Source of the DNA: Thermodesulfobacteriota bacterium
GTDB taxonomy: Bacteria > Desulfobacterota_D > UBA1144 > Nemesobacterales > UBA2774
Reading direction: 5' to 3'
DNA: 64,000 nucleotides
Assembly: GCA_021604765.1 (NCBI GenBank)
Contig: BQJP01000007.1
Coordinates: forward strand, 26,691-90,690
Below, piece by piece: positions 36,887 to 50,080 of the stretch (position 1 is the first letter of the stretch; each line of letters opens with the position of its first letter). The notes under the pieces were generated by a model. That model was not told the origin of the DNA, did not search any database, and saw nothing but the letters and a program-made list of their open reading frames with translations. The position numbers and the translations under genes were made by a program.

Positions 36887-38485
36887 ATGCCAAAACTGAC
36901 AATTGACGGAAAAGAAATTGAAGTAGAAGACGGCCTTAATATAATTGAGGCTGCATCCCGAATTGGTACGGATATTCCACATTTCTGTTATCATCCCGCC
37001 CTTAGCGTAGTTGCCCAATGCAGGCAGTGTTTAGTAGAGATTGAGGGCGTACCAAAGGTTATGCCGGCCTGTAACACCTATGTCAGAGAAGGCCTTATAG
37101 TTAAAACAAACTCTAAAAGAGCGGTTGCAGCCAGGAAAGCAACTGTAGAATTCACTTTAATAAATCATCCCCTGGACTGCCCTATATGCGACAAGGGTGG
37201 TGAATGTCCTCTTCAGCTTACAACCGTAGAACACGGACCCGGGTATAGCAGAATCGAGGGTCCTGAACAGAAAAAAGTTAGGCAAAAGTATTACTTAAGC
37301 GATAAAATTGTTTATGATCCTAATCGCTGCATTATGTGTACCAGGTGTGTCAGATTTACCGATGAAATTACAAAAACTGGAGAGCTTGGATATAACGGGC
37401 GCGGGTTCAGGAAAAAAATAGTAGTTTTTCCAGGTAAGAAACTGGACAATGAGCTTGCGGGAAACGTCACCGATCTTTGCCCGGTTGGAGCATTGCTCAA
37501 TAAAGACACACTTCATGAAGAGAGGGTCTGGTATTGGAAGTTTCATGACACCGTATGTTCCCTCTGTAGCAACGGTTGCAACATAACAGTAGGGGTCGAC
37601 CCAAGAAAAGGCAAGGTCTCAAGAGTCAGACCAAGAACGAATATGGATGTAAATGAACATTGGATATGCGACAGAGGACGATACGATTTTAAAGAAGTAC
37701 AAGAAAAAGAAACCAGGCTAAAAGATCCGATTGTAAGAGAGGGAGAGGGATTTAAACTCTCAGACTGGGAACAGGTGACAGAACTGGTCGTTGAAGAAAT
37801 TTCACAGGCAAGAAGTTCTTCACCTGACTCTATAGCATTCATTGCATCACCAACACTAACTAATGAAGAACTATTCCTACTTAAGAAAATAGGAGAGACA
37901 ACTAACACTAATAATATTGCAGGAAATATCGGGCTAATTAGTGAACCAAAACACTTTGGTTTAGTTAGCACCGATCCCTACCCAAATAGCACAGGCGTGA
38001 AGGATATGGGTTATCCATATGGATCAAATAATATTTTGCCGATTATAGACTCCATACTAGAGGGCAGAATTAAGGTCCTTTATGTTGCTGGGCTTGATTT
38101 ATTTGATCTTGTAATAGAAGAAGACAGAGAAAATTTAAAACAAGCACTTTCAAAGTTATCACTCCTAGTAGTGCAGGATTACAAACTCACAGAAACGGTC
38201 AGAATGGCTCATGTGATTCTCCCAGGTGTTAGTGCATATGAGAAAGACGGCACTTTTACAAATGACAGAGGAAGGGTTCAGAGAATAAAAAAAGTCATAG
38301 ATCCTCCGGGAACAGCAAAGCCGGATTGGGAGATTCTATCCTTTGTTGGAAGCAAGCTGCAAAAACAGGGATTTGATTATAGTGATCCCTCAGAGATCAT
38401 GTTGGATATAGCAAAAAATATACCGACATATGAAGGAATAAATTACGATAACATAGGGGCTCTAGGAGTTAGCACAAGGGGCTAA
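36887..38485 (+). CDS. nuoG: NADH-quinone oxidoreductase subunit G (short form)
   Basis: 2Fe-2S motif CYHP..CRQC..C, His-ligated cluster motif HPLDCPICDKGGECPLQ, 4Fe-4S motif CIMCTRCVRF, then a truncated molybdopterin-like domain. 532 aa. Confidence 0.88.
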   Translation: MPKLTIDGKEIEVEDGLNIIEAASRIGTDIPHFCYHPALSVVAQCRQCLVEIEGVPKVMPACNTYVREGLIVKTNSKRAVAARKATVEFTLINHPLDCPICDKGGECPLQLTTVEHGPGYSRIEGPEQKKVRQKYYLSDKIVYDPNRCIMCTRCVRFTDEITKTGELGYNGRGFRKKIVVFPGKKLDNELAGNVTDLCPVGALLNKDTLHEERVWYWKFHDTVCSLCSNGCNITVGVDPRKGKVSRVRPRTNMDVNEHWICDRGRYDFKEVQEKETRLKDPIVREGEGFKLSDWEQVTELVVEEISQARSSSPDSIAFIASPTLTNEELFLLKKIGETTNTNNIAGNIGLISEPKHFGLVSTDPYPNSTGVKDMGYPYGSNNILPIIDSILEGRIKVLYVAGLDLFDLVIEEDRENLKQALSKLSLLVVQDYKLTETVRMAHVILPGVSAYEKDGTFTNDRGRVQRIKKVIDPPGTAKPDWEILSFVGSKLQKQGFDYSDPSEIMLDIAKNIPTYEGINYDNIGALGVSTRG

Positions 38486-38508
38486 TTTGATTAGTTAAGA
38501 GATAAATT

Positions 38509-39573
38509 ATGATTTGGGCTGAATTAAGTATTACAATAATAAAAATTGCACTTCTATTTTTCGTGGTTCTCACGCTGGTTGCTTATTTAACTCTGGCAGA
38601 GAGACGTGTAAGCGCATTCATACAAGACAGATTAGGTCCAAACCGTGTAGGTCCCTTTGGCTTTCTACAGCCACTGGCTGATGGTGTAAAGTTTATATTT
38701 AAAGAAGATATAATCCCCAGGGACGCCAATAAATACATCTACGTAGTGGCGCCCGCATTCTCATTAGTTACGGCTTTGATCGCCCTTGCTGTAATCCCAA
38801 TAGGCAGAGGATTTGAGACTACTCTTTTTGGATTAGTTCAAGACCCTATATTCGTTAAGCTTCAAATAGCCGACTTAAATGTTGGAATTCTATATGTTCT
38901 AGCAATAGGCTCCTTAGGAGTTTATGGAATTGTGCTCGGTGGCTGGGCGTCAAACAGCAAGTACTCATTTTTGGGTGGGCTCAGGGGTGCTGCACAAATG
39001 GTGAGCTATGAGCTTGCTATGGGAATCTCGATCTTGGGTGTTATAGCATGGACGGGATCACTTAGGCTAGACGACATCATAGAAGCACAGCAGAACTATT
39101 GGTTTGTATTCCCTCAAATACTTGGTTTTATTGTGTTCCTTGCCGCGGTTTTTGCAGAGACAAACAGGCTTCCTTTTGATATGCCTGAGGCTGAGCCGGA
39201 AATTGTAGCGGGGTATCATACTGAGTACAGCAGTATGAAGTTTGCAATGTTTTTTATGGCTGAGTACACGCACATGATTGTAATGTCGTGTCTCATAGTA
39301 GCACTATTTTTCGGAGGGTGGTATCCGCTACCGTTTGGAGGATGGTTTGGTATAGACATTGATACTCATTGGTATCTGCCCCCTATTGTTTTCGTAGGCA
39401 AAGTTCTCGCGTTCTTGTTCTTCTTTATCTGGGTGAGGTTTACACTTCCCCGCTTCCGCTATGATCAGGTTATGAATCTTGGATGGAAAGTACTATTCCC
39501 AATAGCAATCTTAAACTTGATAGTTATCAGCATAGCTATTTTAGTAATGCAGCATTACGGCTATATGTCCTAA
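38509..39573 (+). CDS. nuoH: NADH-quinone oxidoreductase subunit H
   Basis: LAERRVSAFIQDRLGPNRVGPFGFLQPLADGVK and ETNRLPFDMPEAE.EIVAGYHTEYS motifs. Eight-TM profile. Confidence 0.93.
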   Translation: MIWAELSITIIKIALLFFVVLTLVAYLTLAERRVSAFIQDRLGPNRVGPFGFLQPLADGVKFIFKEDIIPRDANKYIYVVAPAFSLVTALIALAVIPIGRGFETTLFGLVQDPIFVKLQIADLNVGILYVLAIGSLGVYGIVLGGWASNSKYSFLGGLRGAAQMVSYELAMGISILGVIAWTGSLRLDDIIEAQQNYWFVFPQILGFIVFLAAVFAETNRLPFDMPEAEPEIVAGYHTEYSSMKFAMFFMAEYTHMIVMSCLIVALFFGGWYPLPFGGWFGIDIDTHWYLPPIVFVGKVLAFLFFFIWVRFTLPRFRYDQVMNLGWKVLFPIAILNLIVISIAILVMQHYGYMS

Positions 39574-39689
39574 AGTATTTCCTAACTAGTTCCCCAATTA
39601 AATCAGGTTTTATATACAAGTTTCCGAAATAAGGCTATCTTAATTTGGAAGGGAAATATTGATTTTCTAAGTCAAATTAATGAATAGAA

Positions 39690-42260
<2,571 letters not shown>

Positions 42261-42345
42261 TTATAAAAAAGTATATTATGCTAAAAATTAGCTAATAATC
42301 TAGGACATATGCAACGATATTAAGTTTGGGCTTAATACAAAAATA

Positions 42346-42900
42346 TTAGAGTTTAGGGGGAGTAATTCCCACTTGTTTTTGGTACTTTCCTTTTTTATCC
42401 GCATATGAGATATCACATATCTCATCAGATTCAAAGAATAAAACCTGAGCAATCCCCTCATTGGCATAAATTTTAGCCGGAAGCGGGGTAGTATTTGAGA
42501 TTTCAAGAGTTACATATCCTTCCCATTCAGGCTCAAATGGAGTTACATTTACAATGATGCCACAACGGGCGTAAGTTGACTTTCCTACGCAAAGAGTAAT
42601 TACGCTTCTAGGTATTCTGAAATATTCAACCGTCCTGGCTAAAGCAAAGGAATTTGGCGGAATCATACAAATGTCGTCATTTATTTCTACAAAGGATTTA
42701 TCATCAAAGCTTTTAGGGTCAACAACTGAATTATAGATATTGGTAAATACTTTGAATTCATTACTTACTCTTATATCATAACCGTAAGCAGAGACTCCAT
42801 AGGAAATAGCCCCATCTCTTACTTGCCCGTCCACAAAAGGTTCTATCATTTTGTGCTCTTCAGCCATTTTTTTAATCCAATGATCAGGTTTAACCGACAT
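42346..42900 (-). CDS. dcd: dCTP deaminase
   Basis: [41 protein letters not shown] matches the 184-190-aa Dcd family. Confidence 0.9.
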   Translation of the reverse strand: MSVKPDHWIKKMAEEHKMIEPFVDGQVRDGAISYGVSAYGYDIRVSNEFKVFTNIYNSVVDPKSFDDKSFVEINDDICMIPPNSFALARTVEYFRIPRSVITLCVGKSTYARCGIIVNVTPFEPEWEGYVTLEISNTTPLPAKIYANEGIAQVLFFESDEICDISYADKKGKYQKQVGITPPKL

Positions 42901-42988
42901 TTTTCCGCGCTCCTTTATATAAGTTAAGTTTAACTATTGGGCTAGTAATATACATGAGAATTTATTTCAATTCATCTTCCCATAAAAA

Positions 42989-44008
42989 CTAAACAAATTG
43001 CCTTAAAAACCTGACATCATTTTCAAAGAAGAGCCTGATGTCATTAATACCAAACTTTAACATCGTGATTCTTTCAATACCCATACCAAATGCAAATCCG
43101 CTGTAAATCTCAGGATCGTAATTAACACTTTTAAATACTTCTGGGTCAACCATTCCGCATCCCAGAATTTCCAACCATCCGCTTTCTTTGCAAACTCTAC
43201 AGCCCTGCCCTTCGCATATCACACACTCTATGTCTACTTCAGCGCTGGGCTCTGTGAAAGGGAAAAAACTGGGTCTGAACCGAACTCCAATACCCTCTCC
43301 GAAAATTAGTCTTAGGAATTCTGTGAGCACTCCTTTTAAATCTCCAAACGTTATGTCTTTATCAATTAACAAGCCTTCAATCTGATGAAACATTGGGGTG
43401 TGAGATACGTCGCTGTCACATCTATAGACTCTGCCTGGGGCAATAATCTTAATGGGCGGCTCCTCTTTCTCCATAACACGTATCTGAACCGGCGATGTGT
43501 GGGTCCTTAGAACTACGTCATCTGAGATATAGAAAGTGTCCTGCATATCTCGTGCCGGGTGATTTTTAGGAATATTTAATGCTTCGAAATTATAGTAGTC
43601 GGTCTCGATCTCAGGACCTTCTGCCACTTCAAAACCCATTTTTTCAAAGATGTTAATTATCTCTTCCATAACTTGTGAAACAGGGTGTCTAGCTCCAACA
43701 GAAAGAGACCTTGAGGGGAGTGTTGCGTCTATTTTTTCCTCAGCAATAGATCGCCTCTTTTTTTCTTCTTTTATCTGATTTGCTTTTTGATCAAAGAGCT
43801 CTTCAACAAAGGTCTTAACCTCGTTTATCATAACCCCCATCTTAGGGCGGTCTTCTTTAGCAACATCCTTCATACCTTTTAGAATCTCAGTAATAACACC
43901 TTTTCTACCAAGAAACTTGGCTTTTAAATTCTGAAGTGATACCTCATCGGATGCTTGTGCCAGTTCAGCTTGAGCTTGAGCTTTAACTTCTTCTAATTTT
44001 TCTTGCAT
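42989..44008 (-). CDS. pheS: Phenylalanine--tRNA ligase alpha subunit
   Basis: HPARDMQDTFY, FRPSFFPFTEPSAEVD and GFAFGMGIERI motifs. 339 aa. Confidence 0.95.
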   Translation of the reverse strand: MQEKLEEVKAQAQAELAQASDEVSLQNLKAKFLGRKGVITEILKGMKDVAKEDRPKMGVMINEVKTFVEELFDQKANQIKEEKKRRSIAEEKIDATLPSRSLSVGARHPVSQVMEEIINIFEKMGFEVAEGPEIETDYYNFEALNIPKNHPARDMQDTFYISDDVVLRTHTSPVQIRVMEKEEPPIKIIAPGRVYRCDSDVSHTPMFHQIEGLLIDKDITFGDLKGVLTEFLRLIFGEGIGVRFRPSFFPFTEPSAEVDIECVICEGQGCRVCKESGWLEILGCGMVDPEVFKSVNYDPEIYSGFAFGMGIERITMLKFGINDIRLFFENDVRFLRQFV

Positions 44009-44011
44009 TAA

Positions 44012-44521
44012 TTAATTCCCCACTGCGTATACAATTGTGATTACGACCATAGCTATTCCGATTGCGCCTTTGAAGAAAGTGCCTGCTAACCTTCCAATAA
44101 ATGCTCCCCAGCCTGATTTCATTGCGCGATCGACATTCTTTTCAAGCACAAACTCAACTAGGAAAGCTCCAAAAAAAGCACCTAAAAACGCCCCAATTAC
44201 AGCTCCAATACCTAAAAAGAATGGAATACCTAAAATACCACCTATAATCCCAAAAACAATAGAGCCAATAATTGCCTTATTACTGGATTTATATTTTTTT
44301 GCTCCCAGAACACCAAGAATAAACTCAACCAATTCTCCTAGAAGCACAAGGCCCACTAATACGGCTAAAACAGTAATAGTAACTTCTTTAAATCCTCCAT
44401 ACCAGCCTAACAAGAGAGAGGCTGCAAGTACAATAAAATTGCCCGGGAATCCGAAAACGTGGGAAATCAACCCAGTCAGAGCTACTATGATAAATAGGGA
44501 AAGTACAAGATAGTCGATCAT
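44012..44521 (-). CDS. DUF456-family small membrane protein
   Basis: Four or five TM segments rich in G, A, I and F. The N-terminus ..ISHVFGFPGNFIV.. is typical of DUF456. It ends 3 nt upstream of the pheS start. Confidence 0.6.
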   Translation of the reverse strand: MIDYLVLSLFIIVALTGLISHVFGFPGNFIVLAASLLLGWYGGFKEVTITVLAVLVGLVLLGELVEFILGVLGAKKYKSSNKAIIGSIVFGIIGGILGIPFFLGIGAVIGAFLGAFFGAFLVEFVLEKNVDRAMKSGWGAFIGRLAGTFFKGAIGIAMVVITIVYAVGN

Positions 44522-44556
44522 CTAAGACTATTGGTGAATATCACCTAAGTGAAGGA

Positions 44557-45471
44557 TTATTTGGAGCCTTTTCTTTCTCTCCAGTATACAACAAACGCGC
44601 TTGCTATAAATATTGAAGAATATGTACCGACAATTGCGCCCACTATCATTGTAAAGGCGAAATCATGAATAACAGAGCCCCCAAATACAAATAGAGGAAT
44701 CAGGACGAGGAATACCGTTATACTTGTTAGGATTGTCCTTGTGAGGGTTTGATTGACTCCTTCATTTACTAATTCTCTGATACTAAGTTTGCCGCCTTTT
44801 CTCATATTCTCTCTAATTCTATCAAATATGATGATTGTGTCGTTAACTGAAAAACCGATAACTGTTAACAGGGCTGCCACTAAAGCGAGGGTAAATTCTT
44901 TATCCATTATGGAAATTGCGCCTAAAGTAATAATAGTATCATGAATAAGTGCCATAACAGCTCCAATAGCAAATCCTATTTCAAAACGAATCATGACGTA
45001 TATCAAAATTCCCAAACATCCAAGGAGTATTGCTATTATAGCTTTCTGAATTAATTCTTTGCCGACCCTTGGTCCAATGTAATCGACTCTTTGAATAGAG
45101 CCTCCTTTAAAGGCTTCGTTGGTAGCTATAATCTTTTCTAACTCAGTTTGAAAACCCTGTATCTGGTCAAATTGGACTAATTCCGGTGAAAATCTGATTA
45201 GATATTCATGGTCACCGGATAGACCAAGCTGCTGCACGATATCAGGTGGAAAACCGGTTATTTCAAGCGTTTTCTTGATATCGTTTATGCTAACCTCTTT
45301 AGCTAGTTTGATGTGTATCTCTGTACCACCGGTAAACTCCACACCCCAGTTAGGACCTCCGTGATATATTAGAGAACCTAAAGATATGATTAAAGCAGCG
45401 ATAGATATAAAAATCGCTATTTTGAATCTACTGACAAAGTCTATACGAGTGCCTGGTTTTAATAATTCCAA
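44557..45471 (-). CDS. secF: Protein translocase subunit SecF
   Basis: GVEFTGGT and SVNDTIIIFDRIREN motifs with a six-TM profile. It follows secD. Confidence 0.92.
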   Translation of the reverse strand: MELLKPGTRIDFVSRFKIAIFISIAALIISLGSLIYHGGPNWGVEFTGGTEIHIKLAKEVSINDIKKTLEITGFPPDIVQQLGLSGDHEYLIRFSPELVQFDQIQGFQTELEKIIATNEAFKGGSIQRVDYIGPRVGKELIQKAIIAILLGCLGILIYVMIRFEIGFAIGAVMALIHDTIITLGAISIMDKEFTLALVAALLTVIGFSVNDTIIIFDRIRENMRKGGKLSIRELVNEGVNQTLTRTILTSITVFLVLIPLFVFGGSVIHDFAFTMIVGAIVGTYSSIFIASAFVVYWRERKGSK

Positions 45472-45496
45472 ATGACTAGATCCTCCTGGATATTCC

Positions 45497-47095
45497 TCAA
45501 ATACTTAATGCAGGTACCTTCTTTCTTTCATATATTAAATTTGTTACAACTCGAGCCACAACAACGTTACTAAATACGGTTGAAATAATTCCTATCGAGA
45601 GTGTTGCTGCAAAACCTTTTATAGGTCCTGTACCGAACCAAAACAATATTAAGGCTGTAATAAGTGTCGTAATATTAGCATCAAGAACAGTCCATAATGA
45701 TCTCCCATAACCTGCGTCAATAGCTGCAAGTGGGGATTTACCCGTTCTGAGCTCCTCTTTAATTCTCTCAAATATAATAATATTTCCATCTACGGCCATA
45801 CCGAGAGTTAGTACAAGTCCGGCTATACCGGGGAGTGTTAAAGTTACACCAAATGCTGAGAGGAAACCCATAATAAACAGCATATTCAATACGAGTGCGA
45901 GATCCGCCACAAGACCTTGAAGCCTATAGAAGAAAGCCATGAAGATTATGACAAGAATACCGCCTATAATCATAGACAATTTCCCCTTGTCTATGGACTC
46001 TTTTCCTAGGGATGGTCCTACAGTTCTTTCTTGTTCGATTTCAACCGGCACCGGCAGCGCACCTGAGCGAAGCACTAAAGCCAAATCTTTTGCTTCTTCA
46101 GTTGTAAAGTTACCGGTAATCCTTCCTTGAGCAGTAATTCGTTCCTGAATTGTTGGAGCCGATTTAATAGTTCCGTCAAGCACAATTGCAAGTCTTTGTC
46201 CGATATTCTGTTCTGTAAGAACACCAAACTTGCTTGCTCCTTCGCCTTTAAAGGAGAAACTTACCGCGGGTTTACCAAATTCATCAAAAGTTAACCTAGC
46301 TCCGGATAATGACCCCCCTGTTACAGGAGAATCGGTTGTTGCGATAAAGAACTTTTCATTTTCAGCGCCTGTATTTCCCGGAACAAGCATTAGTCCCTGC
46401 TCCTCAAGTTCTTCGGGAGTTGACACACCAAGCCCCGCCAAAACCGTCTCTTCAGTAGCACCGGCGTTACTGACAATCTTAAACTCTAATACCGCAGATC
46501 GTTTAATGATATCTATAATACGTTGTCTGTCTTTTTCAGATGCCCCGGGAACCTGAATTAATATTCTATTGTCCCCAGCTTTTTGAATAGAAGGCTCCAC
46601 CAACCCGAGTTCTGCAACACGGTTCTCGATGACCTGTTTAACCTGATCGATAGCCCTTTCTTCAACATCAGCTACATATGCACTTTTCAGATCAAAATTG
46701 AGAGATAAATTATCTTCTCCAATATCAGCTATGTCGTTGAAATTTGTTTCAGCTACACTTTTTGCCTTATCTAGATCGGACTTAGAAAAAAACTGTAGCG
46801 TAAGAGAATCATCTACTTGATTAGCACCTTTAATTAATACTTTGTCTTCTTTTAATTCCAGATTCATAAAATCTTGAATGCTGTCTAACTCCTGCTCAAC
46901 TCCTTTTTCGGAGTCTACTCCAATCATAAGAAAAATACCGCCTTTTAAATCAAGCCCGAGCCTGATACCTCTGTCGGGAAACAACTTACCCCACCAGTTT
47001 GGGATACTGTCACCTAAAAAAGTAGGAGCTAAAAGTGTTAAAGATAAAACAGTGATAACTAGGATTGTTAAAATCCATCCTCTGGAAGCTCTCAT
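45497..47095 (-). CDS. secD: Protein translocase subunit SecD
   Basis: LGLDLKGG and AVDGNIIIFERIKEE motifs, and a periplasmic domain followed by a 5-TM block. Confidence 0.92.
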   Translation of the reverse strand: MRASRGWILTILVITVLSLTLLAPTFLGDSIPNWWGKLFPDRGIRLGLDLKGGIFLMIGVDSEKGVEQELDSIQDFMNLELKEDKVLIKGANQVDDSLTLQFFSKSDLDKAKSVAETNFNDIADIGEDNLSLNFDLKSAYVADVEERAIDQVKQVIENRVAELGLVEPSIQKAGDNRILIQVPGASEKDRQRIIDIIKRSAVLEFKIVSNAGATEETVLAGLGVSTPEELEEQGLMLVPGNTGAENEKFFIATTDSPVTGGSLSGARLTFDEFGKPAVSFSFKGEGASKFGVLTEQNIGQRLAIVLDGTIKSAPTIQERITAQGRITGNFTTEEAKDLALVLRSGALPVPVEIEQERTVGPSLGKESIDKGKLSMIIGGILVIIFMAFFYRLQGLVADLALVLNMLFIMGFLSAFGVTLTLPGIAGLVLTLGMAVDGNIIIFERIKEELRTGKSPLAAIDAGYGRSLWTVLDANITTLITALILFWFGTGPIKGFAATLSIGIISTVFSNVVVARVVTNLIYERKKVPALSI

Positions 47096-47098
47096 TTT

Positions 47099-47470
47099 TT
47101 AGTTCTTTCCTCCCTTGGGTTCTTCTGCTGAAGGTTGCAAACCGGCGATTCCGGAACGAGTGATTTTAATACTTACCCCTTTTGCAATTTCAAGTGTAAT
47201 AAGATCGTCTTCGGCAACATTAGTAATTTTTCCATAGATGCCGCCCGAGGTGACAATATCATCTCCTCGTTTAAGCTCACTCAACATTCTCTTTCTTTCC
47301 TTACCCTGTTTTTGCTGTGGTCTTAGGATGAGAAAATAAAAAACAACGAAGATCAGTACAAAAGGTAAAAACGCCAAGGGTGAACTTCCCCCCGCTTCAC
47401 CTCCTGGGGCACATCCGGATATTGATAAATAGATTGATAAAGCTGCTATAATGTATGTAAGATTTCTCAA
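47099..47470 (-). CDS. yajC: Preprotein translocase subunit YajC
   Basis: Core motif FYFLILRPQQKQ.KE...ML..LKRGD.IVT.GGIYG. The TTG start overlaps the tgt stop (TTGA). Confidence 0.85.
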   Translation of the reverse strand: MRNLTYIIAALSIYLSISGCAPGGEAGGSSPLAFLPFVLIFVVFYFLILRPQQKQGKERKRMLSELKRGDDIVTSGGIYGKITNVAEDDLITLEIAKGVSIKITRSGIAGLQPSAEEPKGGKN

Positions 47471-48582
47471 TTCTCTTTTTCTCCTCCAAGGGATTGTACC
47501 CTAGATAAATAATTTGGAAAATCTCCGCTTAGAATACTACTGCGAATCCCTTTCATAAGCTCCGCATAAAAATACAAATTGTGAATTGTAAGTAACCGTA
47601 AAACCAGGGTTTCTTTCGCAATATATAAGTGTCTTAAGTAAGCTCTAGAAAAAGTCCTGCAAGTATAACACTCACACCCCTCGTCAATCGGCCTCTCATC
47701 TTCGGCAAATTGAGCATTTTTTATAACCAGTTTTCCGCGACTTGTAAAGAGGGTGCCATTGCGAGCATTACGTGTTGGGATAACGCAGTCAAAAAGATCA
47801 ACCCCCATGGATACTGCAGTTACAATATCTTCGGGCTTTCCTAGTCCCATTAGGTACCTAGGCTTATCAACGGGTAGCACACTCAAAGTGTTCTCCGTAG
47901 TTTCATAAGTCTGTTCAGGATCCTCCCCTATTCCAAGACCGCCGACCGCATATCCCTCAAAACCTATATCAATCAAATCATTAGCAGACTGAACTCTCAG
48001 GTCTTTATACACTCCACCTTGAACTATCCCGAAGAGGGCATTGTCGGTGTGCTTTTTTGATGACCTGCACAACTTTGCCCACCTTGTAGTCAGATCAATT
48101 GATTTTCTCATATATTCCTTAGTTGATGGAAATGGGGGGCATTCATCTAAACACATCATAATATCAACACCTAAAGACTCTTGTATCTCAATGCATTTTT
48201 CAGGAGTAAACATATGTTCACTACCGTCTAAATGAGATCTGAATAGAATACCGTCATCTTTAATCTTTCTGGTTTTAGAAAGGCTAAGAACCTGATAACC
48301 ACCGCTGTCAGTTGTAATTGAATTGTTCCAGGACATGAACTTGTGAAGCCCACCCAGCTTTTCAACAGTCTTGTGACCGGGGCGTAAATAAAGATGATAG
48401 GCATTTGAAATTACCATCTGAAAACCTATATCTTCTATTTCTTTTGGACTAAGGCTTTTCACAGTAGCCTGGGTTGCCACCGGCATGAAAGCAGGCGTAT
48501 CAACTACACCGTGGGCAGTAGTCATTTGACCTAGTCTTGCTTTGGTTGACTCATCTTTTTTATGAATTTCAAATGTGAACAT
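47467..48582 (-). CDS. tgt: Queuine tRNA-ribosyltransferase
   Basis: ARLG...T.HG.VDTPAFMPV, TDSGGYQV, GGLGIGE and the zinc motif CECYTC. ATG at 48582 is chosen because it aligns with typical Tgt N-termini. Confidence 0.93.
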   Translation of the reverse strand: MFTFEIHKKDESTKARLGQMTTAHGVVDTPAFMPVATQATVKSLSPKEIEDIGFQMVISNAYHLYLRPGHKTVEKLGGLHKFMSWNNSITTDSGGYQVLSLSKTRKIKDDGILFRSHLDGSEHMFTPEKCIEIQESLGVDIMMCLDECPPFPSTKEYMRKSIDLTTRWAKLCRSSKKHTDNALFGIVQGGVYKDLRVQSANDLIDIGFEGYAVGGLGIGEDPEQTYETTENTLSVLPVDKPRYLMGLGKPEDIVTAVSMGVDLFDCVIPTRNARNGTLFTSRGKLVIKNAQFAEDERPIDEGCECYTCRTFSRAYLRHLYIAKETLVLRLLTIHNLYFYAELMKGIRSSILSGDFPNYLSRVQSLGGEKEN

Positions 48583-48632
48583 GATATATAATCGTGGAAT
48601 AAAATCAGAGGATGGGAACAACTAAAACAATA

Positions 48633-49433
48633 TTATATTCCAAGCACTTCTTTCATTGTATACAGACCTGCAGGTTTCCCCGAAACCCATTTTACAGCTC
48701 GAACGACTCCTTTCGCAAAATTATCTCTGTTCATAGCGCGGTGAGTTAATTCTATTCTTTCACCTGCGCCACAGAACATTACTGTATGCTCCCCCACAAT
48801 ATCCCCTGCGCGAATTGTCTGCATCCCAATTTCCTTTTCCTTTCTCTCGCCTATAACCCCGTGTCTCTCAAACCTGGCGACTGAATTAAAATCTCTGTTC
48901 AACCCTTGTGCTGCCGCCTCACCTAATCTGAGCGCAGTACCACTTGGGGCATCTACTTTATGTTTATGGTGCGCCTCTATTATTTCAACGTCAAAATCGT
49001 CGCCAAGTATTTCAGCCAATCTCTTTGTCGCCTCAAACATAACATTTACACCTATGCTCATATTCGGCGAGAACACACATGGAAAGTTTTTAGACAATTC
49101 TGAAAGCTCTTTCTTTTCTTCTTCACTAAAACCAGTGGTTCCTATAACCATGGCTTTTGTGTTCGAAGAAGCATAGCGAGCGTTATTTAAGGTTGAAGAA
49201 GGTGCTGTAAAATCTACAATCACATCCGCATCTAAGGAAGAATCTTCGACACTGTTAGTGATAGGAATTCCTAACTCCTCTTCTCCGCAGACTAGGCCAA
49301 TATCACTGCCCATTTCCGGATGATCTTGGATTTCTGTAGCGCCTACAATTTGGATATCATTTTCGGCGTTCAGAAGATGAAAGATACTGCGACCCATCCT
49401 TCCCGCAACGCCCATAATAGAAACTTTTATCAT
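48633..49433 (-). CDS. dapB: 4-hydroxy-tetrahydrodipicolinate reductase
   Basis: IKVSIMGVAGRMG (the NAD(P) fold) and EAHHKHKVDAPSGTA (the DapB signature). Confidence 0.95.
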   Translation of the reverse strand: MIKVSIMGVAGRMGRSIFHLLNAENDIQIVGATEIQDHPEMGSDIGLVCGEEELGIPITNSVEDSSLDADVIVDFTAPSSTLNNARYASSNTKAMVIGTTGFSEEEKKELSELSKNFPCVFSPNMSIGVNVMFEATKRLAEILGDDFDVEIIEAHHKHKVDAPSGTALRLGEAAAQGLNRDFNSVARFERHGVIGERKEKEIGMQTIRAGDIVGEHTVMFCGAGERIELTHRAMNRDNFAKGVVRAVKWVSGKPAGLYTMKEVLGI

Positions 49434-49436
49434 AAT

Positions 49437-49922
49437 TTAATCTGCAATCTCAATTTCAGGAACTTCTCCCTGGCAGTTTTCGACACAATCTCCACCTGTA
49501 ATTTTCCATTTTTTATCAAATAACCCTAAAGTGTATTTACTCTTTTGCTTCAGATTCATCAATTGACCCGTTGTCCGAGACTTAAGAGTGGAATCAAGAT
49601 CAACTATAACGCTAGCGCTTAGCTCATAAATTTGAGTCCCTAATATATTGTAGCTATTAATTGTTAATTGATTCTCTTGATATATATTTCTCATTTGAAT
49701 CACATATCCAGCTTCATCCGTACTGGGGACATAAACGTACTCATAGGCTTTCTTAAAATCCTCTTCTTTTAGAGCTTTTAAAAATGAATCCGTAACTTCT
49801 GTCGGTGAAGGTTTATATCTGGGTCTTTCCGGATTAGTTTCTTGTATAGTTTTATCCGCGCAGGAAGTAAGCGCGATGGCAAAAATCAATGTAAATAAAA
49901 TGCTTAAATGTTTATTCTTCAT
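49437..49922 (-). CDS. Hypothetical lipoprotein
   Basis: From the ATG at 49922: MKNKHLSILFTLIFAIALTSC, which contains a lipobox. It ends 3 nt upstream of the dapB start. Confidence 0.6.
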   Translation of the reverse strand: MKNKHLSILFTLIFAIALTSCADKTIQETNPERPRYKPSPTEVTDSFLKALKEEDFKKAYEYVYVPSTDEAGYVIQMRNIYQENQLTINSYNILGTQIYELSASVIVDLDSTLKSRTTGQLMNLKQKSKYTLGLFDKKWKITGGDCVENCQGEVPEIEIAD

Positions 49923-50080
49923 AAAGTCACCAATTGCTATAGGATACGAGCTATAGAATAATTGCTTAGAACTATAATTCAAGACAAATTTTGCCTACTG
50001 ACTCTGGACTGACACTTTGGATTATTAACCACAAATAATTTAGACTTGTTATTATTTATTATATTTGGATTCCTCAAATT

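Noticed and set aside
44037-44513. 158-aa plus-strand ORF mirroring almost the whole DUF456 gene.
   Set aside because: The minus-strand frame gives a coherent multi-TM DUF456-like protein in operon context (3 nt from pheS). The plus-strand frame is P/K/T/N-rich with no structure.
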